A stretch of DNA of 64,000 bases from an uncultured delta proteobacterium (GCA_963802945.1 CAWDKY010000029.1:192001-256000); one strand, 5' to 3'. Counted from the first letter of the stretch, positions 1-9,293 are shown. Notes: generated by a model from the sequence alone, not told the origin. Numbers and translations are program-made.

Positions 1-744
1 ACCATTTTCTTTGAGAAATCGATCAAGCTGTTCGCCTTTCGATTCGGCCCGGCCGACGACGGACGCGATATCGCCTATGAGATCAGGAACCGTATGGGAC
101 CAAGCCTGGCTATCGCCCTGCCAGTATTTCTCCTGGGCCTCATCTGCTATATCTCTTTCGCCCTGATGATGGCCTTTTTTCGGGCCACCTACTTGGATTT
201 CTGGGGGGTGGTATTGTGCGTGGCCATGATGTCCATTTCCAGTCTGTTTTATATCATCGGCGGTCAATATCTGTTGAGCAAACTCTGGAATCTGGTGCCG
301 ATTTCCGGGTTCGGCACAGGGATCATGGCCGCCAAATTTCTGATTCTGCCGGTGCTGGTCGGGGTGGTGAGCGGAATCGGCTCCGGCGCCCGCTGGTATC
401 GCACCATCTTTCTTGAAGAGATCGGCAAGGATTATGTGCGCACCGCCAGGGCCAAGGGTCTGTCGGAATGGCGGGTGCTGTACAAGCATGTCCTGCAAAA
501 CGCCATGATCCCCATCCTGACCGGGGCGGTAGTGGTCATTCCGGTTCTTTTTATGGGCAGCCTGATCACCGAATCTTTTTTCGGCATCCCAGGGCTCGGC
601 AGTTATACCATCGATGCCATCAACTCTCAGGATTTTTCGGTGGTCCGGGCCATGGTTTTCCTGGGCTCGGTGCTTTACATCATCGGACTTATTTTGACCG
701 ACATTTCTTATACCTTAGTTGATCCGAGGATTCGATTAGAATGA
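1..744 (+). CDS. Oligopeptide/dipeptide ABC transporter permease (OppB/DppB family), 5'-truncated by the window edge
   Basis: Frame is open from base 1; EAA-loop motif DYVRTARAKGLSEWRVLYKHVL and C-terminal DISYTLVDPRIR typical of OppB. Confidence 0.92.
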   Translation, partial: TIFFEKSIKLFAFRFGPADDGRDIAYEIRNRMGPSLAIALPVFLLGLICYISFALMMAFFRATYLDFWGVVLCVAMMSISSLFYIIGGQYLLSKLWNLVPISGFGTGIMAAKFLILPVLVGVVSGIGSGARWYRTIFLEEIGKDYVRTARAKGLSEWRVLYKHVLQNAMIPILTGAVVVIPVLFMGSLITESFFGIPGLGSYTIDAINSQDFSVVRAMVFLGSVLYIIGLILTDISYTLVDPRIRLE

Positions 745-758
745 AGGATAAAAGAGCA

Positions 759-1168
759 GAATCTAGAATTCAGGAGTCAGAATCCAGAATGAAAAGGCAA
801 CCGTCAAAAAACTTTAGAGACTTAATTGTCTGGCAAAAGGCCCATCAATTTGTTTTGGCCGTTTACCAGTACAGTGAATTATTTCCCAAGAATGAGATTT
901 ACGGATTGACATCACAAACAAGAAGGGCTGCGGTTTCGATCCCTGCGAATATTGTAGAGGGTTTCAAGAAGAAAACAAAACCAGATAAAGTGAGATATTT
1001 CAACATAGCCCAAGGGTCACTTGAAGAATGCCGCTATTATTTAATTTTAGCCCAAGACCTTAATTATGGGGATGCCTTACATCTCATAACAAAACTTGAA
1101 GAAGTGAGCAAATTATTGGAATCCTACATTTCTTCTATTCTGGATTCTGACTCCTGACTTCTGGATTC
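759..1168. repeat. 32-bp inverted repeat of heptamer units enclosing the four-helix-bundle ORF (arms 759-790 and 1137-1168)
   Basis: Left GAATCTAGAATTCAGGAGTCAGAATCCAGAAT vs reverse complement of right arm GAATCCAGAAGTCAGGAGTCAGAATCCAGAAT: 30/32 identical. Confidence 0.93.
789..1157 (+). CDS. Four-helix-bundle protein (23S rRNA IVS-like / Avd-like family)
   Basis: FRDLIVWQKAH...FPKNEIYGLTSQTRRAAVSIPANIVEG...IAQGSLEE signature; alternative in-frame start at 741 overlaps the oppB stop (ATGA). Confidence 0.92.
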   Translation: MKRQPSKNFRDLIVWQKAHQFVLAVYQYSELFPKNEIYGLTSQTRRAAVSIPANIVEGFKKKTKPDKVRYFNIAQGSLEECRYYLILAQDLNYGDALHLITKLEEVSKLLESYISSILDSDS

Positions 1169-1173
1169 GATTT

Positions 1174-2649
1174 ATGGTCTTTTCATTCAAACCCATCATA
1201 CTCTGGACTGATGCTCTGATTGCTGTTTTGATTTTGGCCGGATTGACTTACGGCTGGACGGTATTGAGACACGAACACTTGCGGGCCCCTTGGAAACGGG
1301 TAGTCCGAAACGCAAGCGGCTTGGTGTCCATGATCGTACTGGCCGTGTTTCTGGTGATCGGTTTGCTCGATACCCTGCATTTCCGCCCGGCTATGGAAAC
1401 CCCAAAAAACGGCGAGAAAGCTTATGCGGTTGAGGTCTTAAGCCTTTTGGATGTGATAGTCGGCCGCTTAAGGCAGAATACCGAAAAGACTTATTCCGCC
1501 CCTTTGGCCACCCATCTTTTTTCCAGAGAAACCGTTGAGCTTCCCGACGGCCGGCAGGTGCGGACCTTTCCCCGCCTGGTTTACGGTGGGGCCCATCTGA
1601 AAAATCCCGATCAGGACAAGGGTAGCGATATCGCCAAACGGGGGGCCTTCGGTTTAATCCTGGCCCTGGTGTTATGGTGCCTGGCCGCGTGTGTTTTGCT
1701 TGGGATTCTTGCCCGCCGTCGAAAAATCGGATTGGCCTCATGCCTCAAGGGCGTATTCCGCGGTCAAGAGGAAATCCCCTGGAACGCCGTCTTATGGACC
1801 GTGCTGGGGCTTTTTCTATTGGCTGTGCCCACAACAGTTCTCAGCCTCAAGTATCATGTTTTCGGCACCGACAAGGTGGGGCAAGATGTGCTCTATTTGG
1901 CCTTGAAGAGTATTCGTACCGGGTTGGTCATCGGCACCCTGACCACCCTGGTGATGTTACCCTTTGCGGTTTTGCTCGGGATCATGGCCGGGTATTTCCA
2001 GGGCTGGATTGACGATATCATCCAGTACATCTACACCACCCTGAATTCCATTCCTGCCGTGCTATTGATCGCCGCCGCTGTTTTGATGATCCAGGTTTAC
2101 ATGGACAGCCACCCCGAACTGTTTGAAACCGCCAGCGCCCGGGCCGACCTGCGCCTGTTGTTTTTGTGCCTCATTCTCGGTGTCACCAGTTGGACCGGAC
2201 TGTGCCGCCTGATGCGAGGGGAATCGTTAAAGCTCCGGGAGATGGAATACATACAGGCCGCGCAGGCCTTCGGCGTTTCCGACTTCAAGATCATCATTCG
2301 ACATATCCTGCCCAACGTCATGCACATCGTGCTGATCGCCATCGTCATGGATTTTTCCGGTCTGGTGCTGGCCGAGGCCGTATTGTCCTATGTGGGTGTC
2401 GGCGTCGATCCAACAATGATCAGTTTCGGTACTATGATCAACAGTGCCCGTCTGGAAATGGCCAGGGAGCCGATGGTCTGGTGGTCTCTGTCCGCCGCAT
2501 TCGGCTTTATGTTCCTGCTGGTGTTGTTTGCCAATCTGTTTTCGGACGCTGTGCGGGACGCCTTTGACCCGAGGGTCCAAACTAGGGCCGTACGACTCCA
2601 GCTCTTTAGGAGACGACCTAAACTCATGGAGAAAGAGACGCATCTATGA
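1174..2649 (+). CDS. Oligopeptide ABC transporter permease (OppC/DppC family, long N-terminus)
   Basis: HVFGTDKVGQDV, EYIQAAQAFGVS, ILPNVMH, FSDAVRDAFDPR motifs. Confidence 0.92.
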   Translation: MVFSFKPIILWTDALIAVLILAGLTYGWTVLRHEHLRAPWKRVVRNASGLVSMIVLAVFLVIGLLDTLHFRPAMETPKNGEKAYAVEVLSLLDVIVGRLRQNTEKTYSAPLATHLFSRETVELPDGRQVRTFPRLVYGGAHLKNPDQDKGSDIAKRGAFGLILALVLWCLAACVLLGILARRRKIGLASCLKGVFRGQEEIPWNAVLWTVLGLFLLAVPTTVLSLKYHVFGTDKVGQDVLYLALKSIRTGLVIGTLTTLVMLPFAVLLGIMAGYFQGWIDDIIQYIYTTLNSIPAVLLIAAAVLMIQVYMDSHPELFETASARADLRLLFLCLILGVTSWTGLCRLMRGESLKLREMEYIQAAQAFGVSDFKIIIRHILPNVMHIVLIAIVMDFSGLVLAEAVLSYVGVGVDPTMISFGTMINSARLEMAREPMVWWSLSAAFGFMFLLVLFANLFSDAVRDAFDPRVQTRAVRLQLFRRRPKLMEKETHL

Positions 2650-3713
2650 CCGCGCCGTTACTTAAAATCGATCACCTGATCACCCGGTTGATCACGGACA
2701 ACGGTGTGGTTCGGGCCGTGGACGGCCTGTCGCTGTCCATTAATCCAGGGGAGACCTTCGCCCTGCTGGGCGAATCGGGTTGCGGCAAGTCCATGACCGC
2801 TCTTTCCATTATGCGTCTTTTGCCTGAGGCAGGCCTTATCCTTGACGGCAGCATTCATTTGAACGGCCGTGATCTTTTAACCCTGTCGGAATTGGAAATG
2901 CGTAACGTCCGAGGCAGACGGATCGGTATGATTTTCCAGGAGCCGATGCTGAGCCTGAATCCGGTCATGACTATCGGGAACCAGGTGGCGGAAATTCTCA
3001 TTCAACACCTCAAACTGCCGGGCCAGGAGGCCATGAAACGCGCTATGGCCATGCTCGAGGCGGTGGGAATTCCCGATGCGGCCCGACGCAGCGGCTATTA
3101 TCCCTTCCAATTTTCCGGAGGCATGAAACAGCGGGTGATGATCGCTATGGCCTTGGCCTGTGAGCCAGCCCTTTTGATCGCCGATGAACCCACTACGGCC
3201 CTGGATGTTACGATTCAAGCCCAGGTCCTCGATTTGTTGCGGCAAATGCAAAAGCGCAGCCGCATGTCGATATTGCTTATCACCCATGATCTTGGGGTGG
3301 TTTCGGAAATGGCCCACCAGGTGGCGGTGATGTATGCCGGCGAGGTGGTGGAAACGGCCGACCGCAAGCGTTTCTTCGACAGCCCGGCCCATCCTTATTC
3401 AAGAAAACTCTTTGAATCTCTGCCCATGCGGAATAAGCGTGGCCGGGCCTTGGCCATGATCAAAGGCAGCGTACCTCCCCTTACCCAAGAATTTTCAGGC
3501 TGTCGCTTTGTAGAACGTTGCGATTTTGGTTGGGATCGTTGTCTTTATCAGGTGCCTCGCTGGAACGAATGGAACCCGGGTCGCTTTGTGAGATGCCATC
3601 TTTATGATGCGGAGGTGAGGGATGAGGGACGAGGGACGAGAGATGAATTTAAGCTCGGACAAGGCCATATTGCTTCAAAAGGCCAAGTTCCAAGCGAGGT
3701 TCTATTCCTCTAA
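2646..3713 (+). CDS. Oligopeptide ABC transporter ATPase (OppD/DppD)
   Basis: Walker [27 protein letters not shown]-terminal GCRFVERC...VRCHLY. Confidence 0.92.
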   Translation: MTAPLLKIDHLITRLITDNGVVRAVDGLSLSINPGETFALLGESGCGKSMTALSIMRLLPEAGLILDGSIHLNGRDLLTLSELEMRNVRGRRIGMIFQEPMLSLNPVMTIGNQVAEILIQHLKLPGQEAMKRAMAMLEAVGIPDAARRSGYYPFQFSGGMKQRVMIAMALACEPALLIADEPTTALDVTIQAQVLDLLRQMQKRSRMSILLITHDLGVVSEMAHQVAVMYAGEVVETADRKRFFDSPAHPYSRKLFESLPMRNKRGRALAMIKGSVPPLTQEFSGCRFVERCDFGWDRCLYQVPRWNEWNPGRFVRCHLYDAEVRDEGRGTRDEFKLGQGHIASKGQVPSEVLFL

Positions 3714-4706
3714 ATCGAGTTCAAACCTTCTGACAGTGGAAGATTTACGGATCCACTTTCCAATCCGTAAAGGTCTCCTGAAACGTACAGTGGGGTCCAT
3801 CAAGGCCGTGGACGGGGTATCCCTTTCGATTCCCTTCGGCAGGACCCTGGCCCTGGTGGGCGAATCCGGCTGCGGCAAAACTACTCTGGGCAAGGGTATC
3901 TTGCGCCTCATCCCTTTAACCGGCGGTTCTGTTCTGTTTCAAGGAAAAGATATTTCGTCACTGTCGTCCGCTGAACTAAGACCTTTGCGCCGGGAGTTTC
4001 AGTTCATCTTCCAAGACCCTTATGCCTCGCTTAATCCCCGCCTGCGAATTGCGGAAATCATCGAAGAGGGTATGGCCGCCCTGAGAATCGGTACCGGGGA
4101 AATGGAGATCGAATGGCGCGTATCGACAGCTTGCTTACGAGGTGGGTCTGTCTGGGGCGATCAAATTTCGTTATCCCCATGAGTTCTCGGGCGGGCAACG
4201 TCAGCGTATTGCCATCGCCCGCGTCCTGTCTGTGAACCCTAAACTCATCATTTGCGACGAGCCGACCAGTGCGCTGGATATCTCAGTACAAGCCCAGATC
4301 CTGAATTTGCTCAAAGAACTGCAAGACAGGCACGGCCTGGCCTATCTATTCATCACTCACAATATTTCCGTAGTCGAGTTTCTGGCCCATGAAGTGGCAG
4401 TGATGTATCTGGGGCGCATTGTCGAGCGGGGAACGGTGGATGAGATCCTGGACCATCCACAGCATCCTTATACCAGGGCGCTCCTGTCGGCCGTACCGGT
4501 CATAGATCCGGATACCCATCGGGAGGTGATTCGGCTTCAAGGGGACTTGCCGTCCCCGGCTGATCCCGCCGGCCGGCTGCCATTTCCATCCCCGTTGCCC
4601 CGAGGTCATGCCGAAATGCAAAGTGATCTATCCGGCCCAAAGCCGTTTCAACACCACCCATTCCGTCCACTGCCATCTATACGAGTCTTTTTATAAAGCC
4701 CTTTGA
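3622..4706 (+). CDS. Oligopeptide ABC transporter ATPase (OppF/DppF), read across about three apparent frameshifts
   Basis: Pieces 3622-4182 (GESGCGKT) and 4142-4696 (YPHEFSGGQRQR, CDEPTSALD); correcting indels near 4100, 4140 and 4566 restores GCHFHPRC...VHCHLY and a stop at 4704-4706. Confidence 0.8.
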
Positions 4707-4721
4707 AGTTTATTTTCTTTC

Positions 4722-4750
4722 TTGACAAATGTAACCTTCTCGGTTACAAA
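4722..4750 (+). promoter_or_regulatory. higBA sigma70 promoter with operator palindrome
   Basis: TTGACA 4722-4727, 17 bp, TACAAA 4745-4750; inverted repeat TGTAACC-N5-GGTTACA at 4730-4748. Confidence 0.75.
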
Positions 4751-4756
4751 TTAATT

Positions 4757-5035
4757 ATGATTAAATCTTTTAAGCATAACGGCCTTGAAGATTTTTTCTA
4801 TTCCGGAAAGAAGAAAGGCATAAGGCCTGAACATGCCGACCGACTTGTGATCATTCTTGATAGATTAAATGCTGCCAGTGAACTCAAAGATCTAAGTTAT
4901 CCTGGTTCCGACCTGCACAAGTTGACGGGAGACAAGAAAGGCCAATATGCAGTAAAAGTATCGGGAAACTGGAGAGTTTTTTTCGAATTTTTTAACGGTG
5001 ACGTTTATAGGGTTGATTACAATGATTATCACTGA
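4757..5035 (+). CDS. higB: HigB toxin (RelE/ParE superfamily, plasmid-maintenance killer type)
   Basis: MIKSFKHNGLEDFF...LHKLTGDKKGQYAVKVSGNWRVFFEF...DYH; toxin-first order. Confidence 0.9.
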   Translation: MIKSFKHNGLEDFFYSGKKKGIRPEHADRLVIILDRLNAASELKDLSYPGSDLHKLTGDKKGQYAVKVSGNWRVFFEFFNGDVYRVDYNDYH

Positions 5036-5046
5036 GAGGTAATAAG

Positions 5047-5361
5047 ATGAAAAGAATGGAAAGAAAGCCGACACATCCGGGAAAAATTATTAAAGAAGAT
5101 TATTTAAAACCGTTGTCTATAACGATAAACGACTTGGCCTCAACGCTCGGTATTTCAAGAAAGACCTTATCAAAAATTGTAAACGAGAGAGGGGCTGTTA
5201 CTCCTGGTATGGCCCTTCGACTATCTCGGGCTTTTGAGACTACCCCCGATCTATGGCTTAATTTGCAAAAAAATTATGATTTATGGCAGGCAGAGCATAC
5301 TTCCGTTGAATGGCGAACCGTAAAGCCGATTTCTTCACACTTGATTCACTCCCAGGGATAG
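5047..5361 (+). CDS. higA: HigA antitoxin (XRE HTH)
   Basis: PTHPGKIIKEDYL...MALRLSRAFETTPDLWLNLQKNYDL. Confidence 0.92.
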   Translation: MKRMERKPTHPGKIIKEDYLKPLSITINDLASTLGISRKTLSKIVNERGAVTPGMALRLSRAFETTPDLWLNLQKNYDLWQAEHTSVEWRTVKPISSHLIHSQG

Positions 5362-5784
5362 AAAAAACGATGGCTCATTCTTTCCTGACTTCCTGTCCCG
5401 TTTTGATCTCAAGGAGAAACAGATTCCATCCCCGATGCCCCGAGGTCATGCCGCAATGTAAATTGACCTATCCGGCCCAAAGCCGTTTCAACGCCACCCA
5501 TTCCGTCCACTGCCATCTGTATGAGTCTTTGGAAGGGGAGGGTGATTGATATTACATGGGAGGTTTTAGAAATCCAACAGAATGAAAACTTAAAGGGTTA
5601 GAAATTCATTTGTAAAGAAAATGTTTATCATTTATAATGGGTTATCTGGAATTTGACAGGGTTGTCGTGCCATTGGACATTTACCAACAGCCATTGGTCT
5701 TTGTTGCCCACCTCAAGGGAATCCTTTGGGGAGGGCGATTATATAGAAAATTTTTGAATAGCTTATTAGGCTTGGGAGGGACGG

Positions 5785-6978
5785 ATGGTACGAAGAGCTT
5801 TAATTGCGACATTATTCAAAGGCTTTTTTATTCAACGATGGAATGATAAAATTCGCCCTGTAGTGCTTACGGAAATTGATAAAAATGCCCACAAAATGGT
5901 TATTGCTTACTGTCTTGCGAAATATGAAGAAAAAAACCAAGAAGTTAATTGGCATAATATTATCAAAGGGGGAATCTTCGAATTCCTCAGGAGGGTGGTT
6001 ATCTCAGATATAAAATCTCCTATCTACCGAAGCATTAAGTCAGATTATCCTAAGGAGTTTGAAAAGTTAAATGAGTGGGTTTTCTCAAATCTTAAACATG
6101 CATTGGATGAAGGAGAATTCAAGAAAGAACTCCATCAATACCTTCTTAGTGATAATTTAATTGATTCTCATAGCTCAAGAATTCTTGAAGCTGCACACAT
6201 ATTAGCAAGTTACTGGGAGTTTAGGATAATCAAACAAACCAGTCCTGAGGGCTACCAAATTAAAGAAATAGAAGATCTAATGCTGAAGAATATTGGTGAA
6301 TATTTAGATTTAGAAGGCATAAAAAGAATAATAACTAAACAGATGCCGAATGATTTCATTGACCTCGTTGGGCAATTGAGGTTTCAAATTAGGTGGAGTC
6401 AAACACCCAGAATCCCTGAAACTTCCGTCTTAGGGCATAGCATGTTTGTTGCAATCTTGGCGTATTTGTTTTCGAGAGAGATAAATGCCTGCAATAGAAG
6501 ATTAATTAATAATTTTTTTGGCGGCCTTTTTCATGATCTACCAGAAGCCCTTACACGGGACATCATATCGCCCGTCAAGACGGCAACACCCGAGTTGCCA
6601 AACATAATTAAGAAGCTTGAACTAGATTTGGCAGAAAAAGAATTATATAAGACTATTGAACCAGACTGGAAAAAGGAAATACAGTATTACATAATTGAAG
6701 ATGACAAAAACAAAATAACCAAAGACAACAAAACAGTGTATGTTTCAAGTGAAGACATTCAAAGTCAATATAATAACGATACCTACAATCCAATCGATGG
6801 TGAACTTGTCAAAGCAGCTGACCACTTAGCCGCATTTGTTGAAGCCCGTGTCGCCCAAGATGCTGGCATTAGTTCTAAAGAATTAGAAGAGGGCTTACAC
6901 AAACTGAACGAAGATTATAAAGGTAAAATTATCGCGGGAATTGATATTGGCGCAATCTATGCCGATTTTTCAACTTAA
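5785..6978 (+). CDS. Dual HD-domain phosphohydrolase (YfbR-like fold duplicated)
   Basis: C-terminal half RWSQTPR..ETSVLGHS..FHDLPEALTRDI..ADHLAAFVEA; N-terminal half is a degenerate copy (QRWND..EIDKNAH..FEFLRRVVISDIKSP). Confidence 0.8.
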   Translation: MVRRALIATLFKGFFIQRWNDKIRPVVLTEIDKNAHKMVIAYCLAKYEEKNQEVNWHNIIKGGIFEFLRRVVISDIKSPIYRSIKSDYPKEFEKLNEWVFSNLKHALDEGEFKKELHQYLLSDNLIDSHSSRILEAAHILASYWEFRIIKQTSPEGYQIKEIEDLMLKNIGEYLDLEGIKRIITKQMPNDFIDLVGQLRFQIRWSQTPRIPETSVLGHSMFVAILAYLFSREINACNRRLINNFFGGLFHDLPEALTRDIISPVKTATPELPNIIKKLELDLAEKELYKTIEPDWKKEIQYYIIEDDKNKITKDNKTVYVSSEDIQSQYNNDTYNPIDGELVKAADHLAAFVEARVAQDAGISSKELEEGLHKLNEDYKGKIIAGIDIGAIYADFST

Positions 6979-7041
6979 GCTTAACAAAGGTTCCAGACGA
7001 CGCGGTCTAAGATCGCCGTGCGCCTGAACTTGTTGTTGGCG
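6979..7041 (+). other. attC-like integron cassette recombination site
   Basis: GCTTAAC (R'') directly after the HD stop, GTTCCAGA (L''), CCTGAAC (L'), GTTGGCG (R'); arms pair if one C and one A are bulged, as in canonical attC. Confidence 0.6.
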
Positions 7042-7058
7042 CCGCCTTCGACGTCGCC

Positions 7059-7199
7059 AATGCGGCGTTGCCCCTATCGGGTCCATGTCCCGGTCGGCTC
7101 CGCCGCAGGCGGTCGCCAACCAGGCCATTGGACCGCGATGTCCCTCGCTTGCATGGCCTTTGGCCCCGCAAGCTTCGGGCCACGGGTCAACGCCGCATT
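7059..7199. repeat. GC-rich structured element bounded by an inverted repeat
   Basis: AATGCGGCGTTGCCCC (7059-7074) vs GGGTCAACGCCGCATT (7184-7199), 15/16 complementary; internal hairpins. Confidence 0.7.
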
Positions 7200-7257
7200 A
7201 AAAAACAGAAAAAAGAATTATATACAATACTCCTGCCAAGTAAGGTAAAATAGTAAG

Positions 7258-8124
7258 ATGGAAAAACTATGGAAGAAAGAAGTCGAACAGAGGTTTTTTA
7301 TTGAAGCACAGAAATTTGCTACGCCTGAACAGTTATTTTATGTTTCTGATTCTGGAAAATATTTAGCTTATTGGCCAAAGAATTATGATGGAAAGAAAAG
7401 CACTTTACAAAGCAGAAATTCACTTATCGGAAATTTTACAGAAAAATGGACGACAGACTTAATTCAGGGGATCGTTAAAGAAAAGGGATTATTCGCAGTC
7501 CAAGGGGCAATCTGTGATGAGATTGCCCTATCAAATATGTCTCCTGCCGATGTAGTTATTTCCAGAAAGAATAATCTTAAACAAAATCCGGAAGATATTT
7601 TGACAATAATAGAAGTCAAAATGTCTATCGTCTGGAATTGGGAACTTAAAAAGGATAAATTAATTTGTATTGGAGACTACAAAACACATCAGGGGAACCC
7701 TGGCCTTTTACGTTCCGATTCAATGCTCAAGGCAATTGGCAAGAGCATAAATATAAGAGTTTCAAGTTCTAAAGCCTCTATTATACCGATTATTATTATG
7801 GGAAATACCCCAATCACAAATAGCTACTATTCCAAAGTCGATCACCTAAAAAGTGCTGGAATTATACAAAGCTTCTGGTCTGTTAATCCCCAACCATTAG
7901 ATAATGATAGAGAGAATATCAAAAAAACTGACAAACAAGGTTTTTTCAGGTTTGACAGTTTCAATGAGTTAAAAAATGCTTTTGAAAGACTTTTGTCCGA
8001 AGAAAGAAATTACTTTTCGAGTATGAAAAGCAAAAAGGAATTGGGTCAAATCATAGAGAAAGCAAATAAAGAACAAACCTACGAGAAGAAAGCAGAGGTT
8101 TTTTTAAAATTAATCGATGAGTAA
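7258..8124 (+). CDS. Putative type II restriction endonuclease (PD-(D/E)XK fold)
   Basis: SPADVVIS...IIEVKMS catalytic-like motif; overlaps the downstream DNA methyltransferase; AT-rich. Confidence 0.65.
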   Translation: MEKLWKKEVEQRFFIEAQKFATPEQLFYVSDSGKYLAYWPKNYDGKKSTLQSRNSLIGNFTEKWTTDLIQGIVKEKGLFAVQGAICDEIALSNMSPADVVISRKNNLKQNPEDILTIIEVKMSIVWNWELKKDKLICIGDYKTHQGNPGLLRSDSMLKAIGKSINIRVSSSKASIIPIIIMGNTPITNSYYSKVDHLKSAGIIQSFWSVNPQPLDNDRENIKKTDKQGFFRFDSFNELKNAFERLLSEERNYFSSMKSKKELGQIIEKANKEQTYEKKAEVFLKLIDE

Positions 8125-9061
8125 TCAAGGCGAAATTTTTAAGATTTATAAACGTAATGGCACCAAAACGAGTTCCTTTGGGACTCCGGGCAGAATAAAT
8201 CATGATTCATCGGAATTTTACAACAGTAAATTATATGGTGACAAAAAAGTCCCTGAACACGTTAAGTTTATTGAAAACCCAATCCCATCAGACAATCTCG
8301 ACAAAATATATTGTAAATCCAGCGAGGTCATGACGGAACTCCCTGATTACAGTATTCATTTGATGGTTACTTCACCACCATATAATGTGAAAAAAGAATA
8401 TGACGAAGACCTATCCCTTGAGGAATACAGAGCATTATTAAAAAAAGTATTTAAGGAAACTTACAAAAAACTGGTTACAGGTGGTAGAGCCTGTATCAAT
8501 GTTGCCAATCTTGGGAGAAAACCATATATTCCATTACATAGCTGTATCATTGAAGATATGGCTGATATTGGTTTTCTAATGAGAGGAGAAATCATCTGGA
8601 ACAAGGCATCAAGTGCCAGCCCTTCTACTGCATGGGGTAGTTGGTTGTCCGCTGGAAATCCAGTATTAAGAGACATTCATGAATATATTTTAATTTTCTC
8701 CAAGGAATCCTTTTCAAGAAAAAAAGGGCATAAAAAAGATACAATCACTAAGGAAGATTTTCTTGAATGGACAAAAAGCGTTTGGACATTCCCAGCAGTT
8801 TCTGCAAGAAGTATCGGCCATCCCGCACCATTTCCAGAAGAATTACCGCATAGATTAATCCAATTGTATACATTCAAAGACGATGTTGTTTTAGACCCAT
8901 TTTGTGGCAGCGGCACTGCTTGTCTTACCGCATTGAAAGATAAAAGACATTATATCGGATATGATATAGAACCTTCCTATGTTAAATTAGCAAATCAGAG
9001 AATTAAAGCACACCAAAGCCAATTGAATATTTTTGAGAATAAACAGCCTACTCCCTATTGA
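8117..9061 (+). CDS. Site-specific DNA methyltransferase, beta class (probably N4-cytosine)
   Basis: TSPPY (motif IV) precedes HPAPFP and VLDPFCGSGT (motif I). Confidence 0.9.
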   Translation: MSNQGEIFKIYKRNGTKTSSFGTPGRINHDSSEFYNSKLYGDKKVPEHVKFIENPIPSDNLDKIYCKSSEVMTELPDYSIHLMVTSPPYNVKKEYDEDLSLEEYRALLKKVFKETYKKLVTGGRACINVANLGRKPYIPLHSCIIEDMADIGFLMRGEIIWNKASSASPSTAWGSWLSAGNPVLRDIHEYILIFSKESFSRKKGHKKDTITKEDFLEWTKSVWTFPAVSARSIGHPAPFPEELPHRLIQLYTFKDDVVLDPFCGSGTACLTALKDKRHYIGYDIEPSYVKLANQRIKAHQSQLNIFENKQPTPY

Positions 9062-9293
9062 TGAAATAGGGGTCGAATCTTTTACTTTTACATTTCGTGT
9101 TAAGCCAAAGGGACATAGTTGAAAAATGACATTTTACAGATAGGATGTTGGGGGCAGGTCTTGTAATAGCACATTAAAGGAAATTGCCGAACATCTGTGT
9201 TTCTGCCTTACAAATATGAGTCGGGCAATAGAATGATGGGAGGTGGTCGCTATCCGCAGCGTAGTTGATGGCGAACTTTATACGAAGAAAATA

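Larger units (their letters stand above)
4584..5530 (+). repeat. 107-bp direct repeat (4584-4690 and 5424-5530) of the oppF 3' end flanking higBA
   Basis: Manual alignment: 99/107 identical, offset 840 bp, no gaps. Confidence 0.93.

Noticed and set aside
741-5530. Diversity-generating retroelement (Avd-like protein plus a ~107-bp repeat pair at a gene 3' end)
   Set aside because: No reverse transcriptase in the window, and the 8 mismatches are not adenine-specific in either copy or strand (t/a, a/c, c/t, g/t, t/c, a/g, a/g, c/t).
5680-5771. Second attC upstream of the HD gene (ACCAAC...hairpin...ATTAGGC)
   Set aside because: No convincing L boxes, and R' lacks GTT; too degenerate to call.
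9185-9275. attC upstream of the VOC gene (GCCGAAC...GTTGATG)
   Set aside because: The arms do not pair convincingly.
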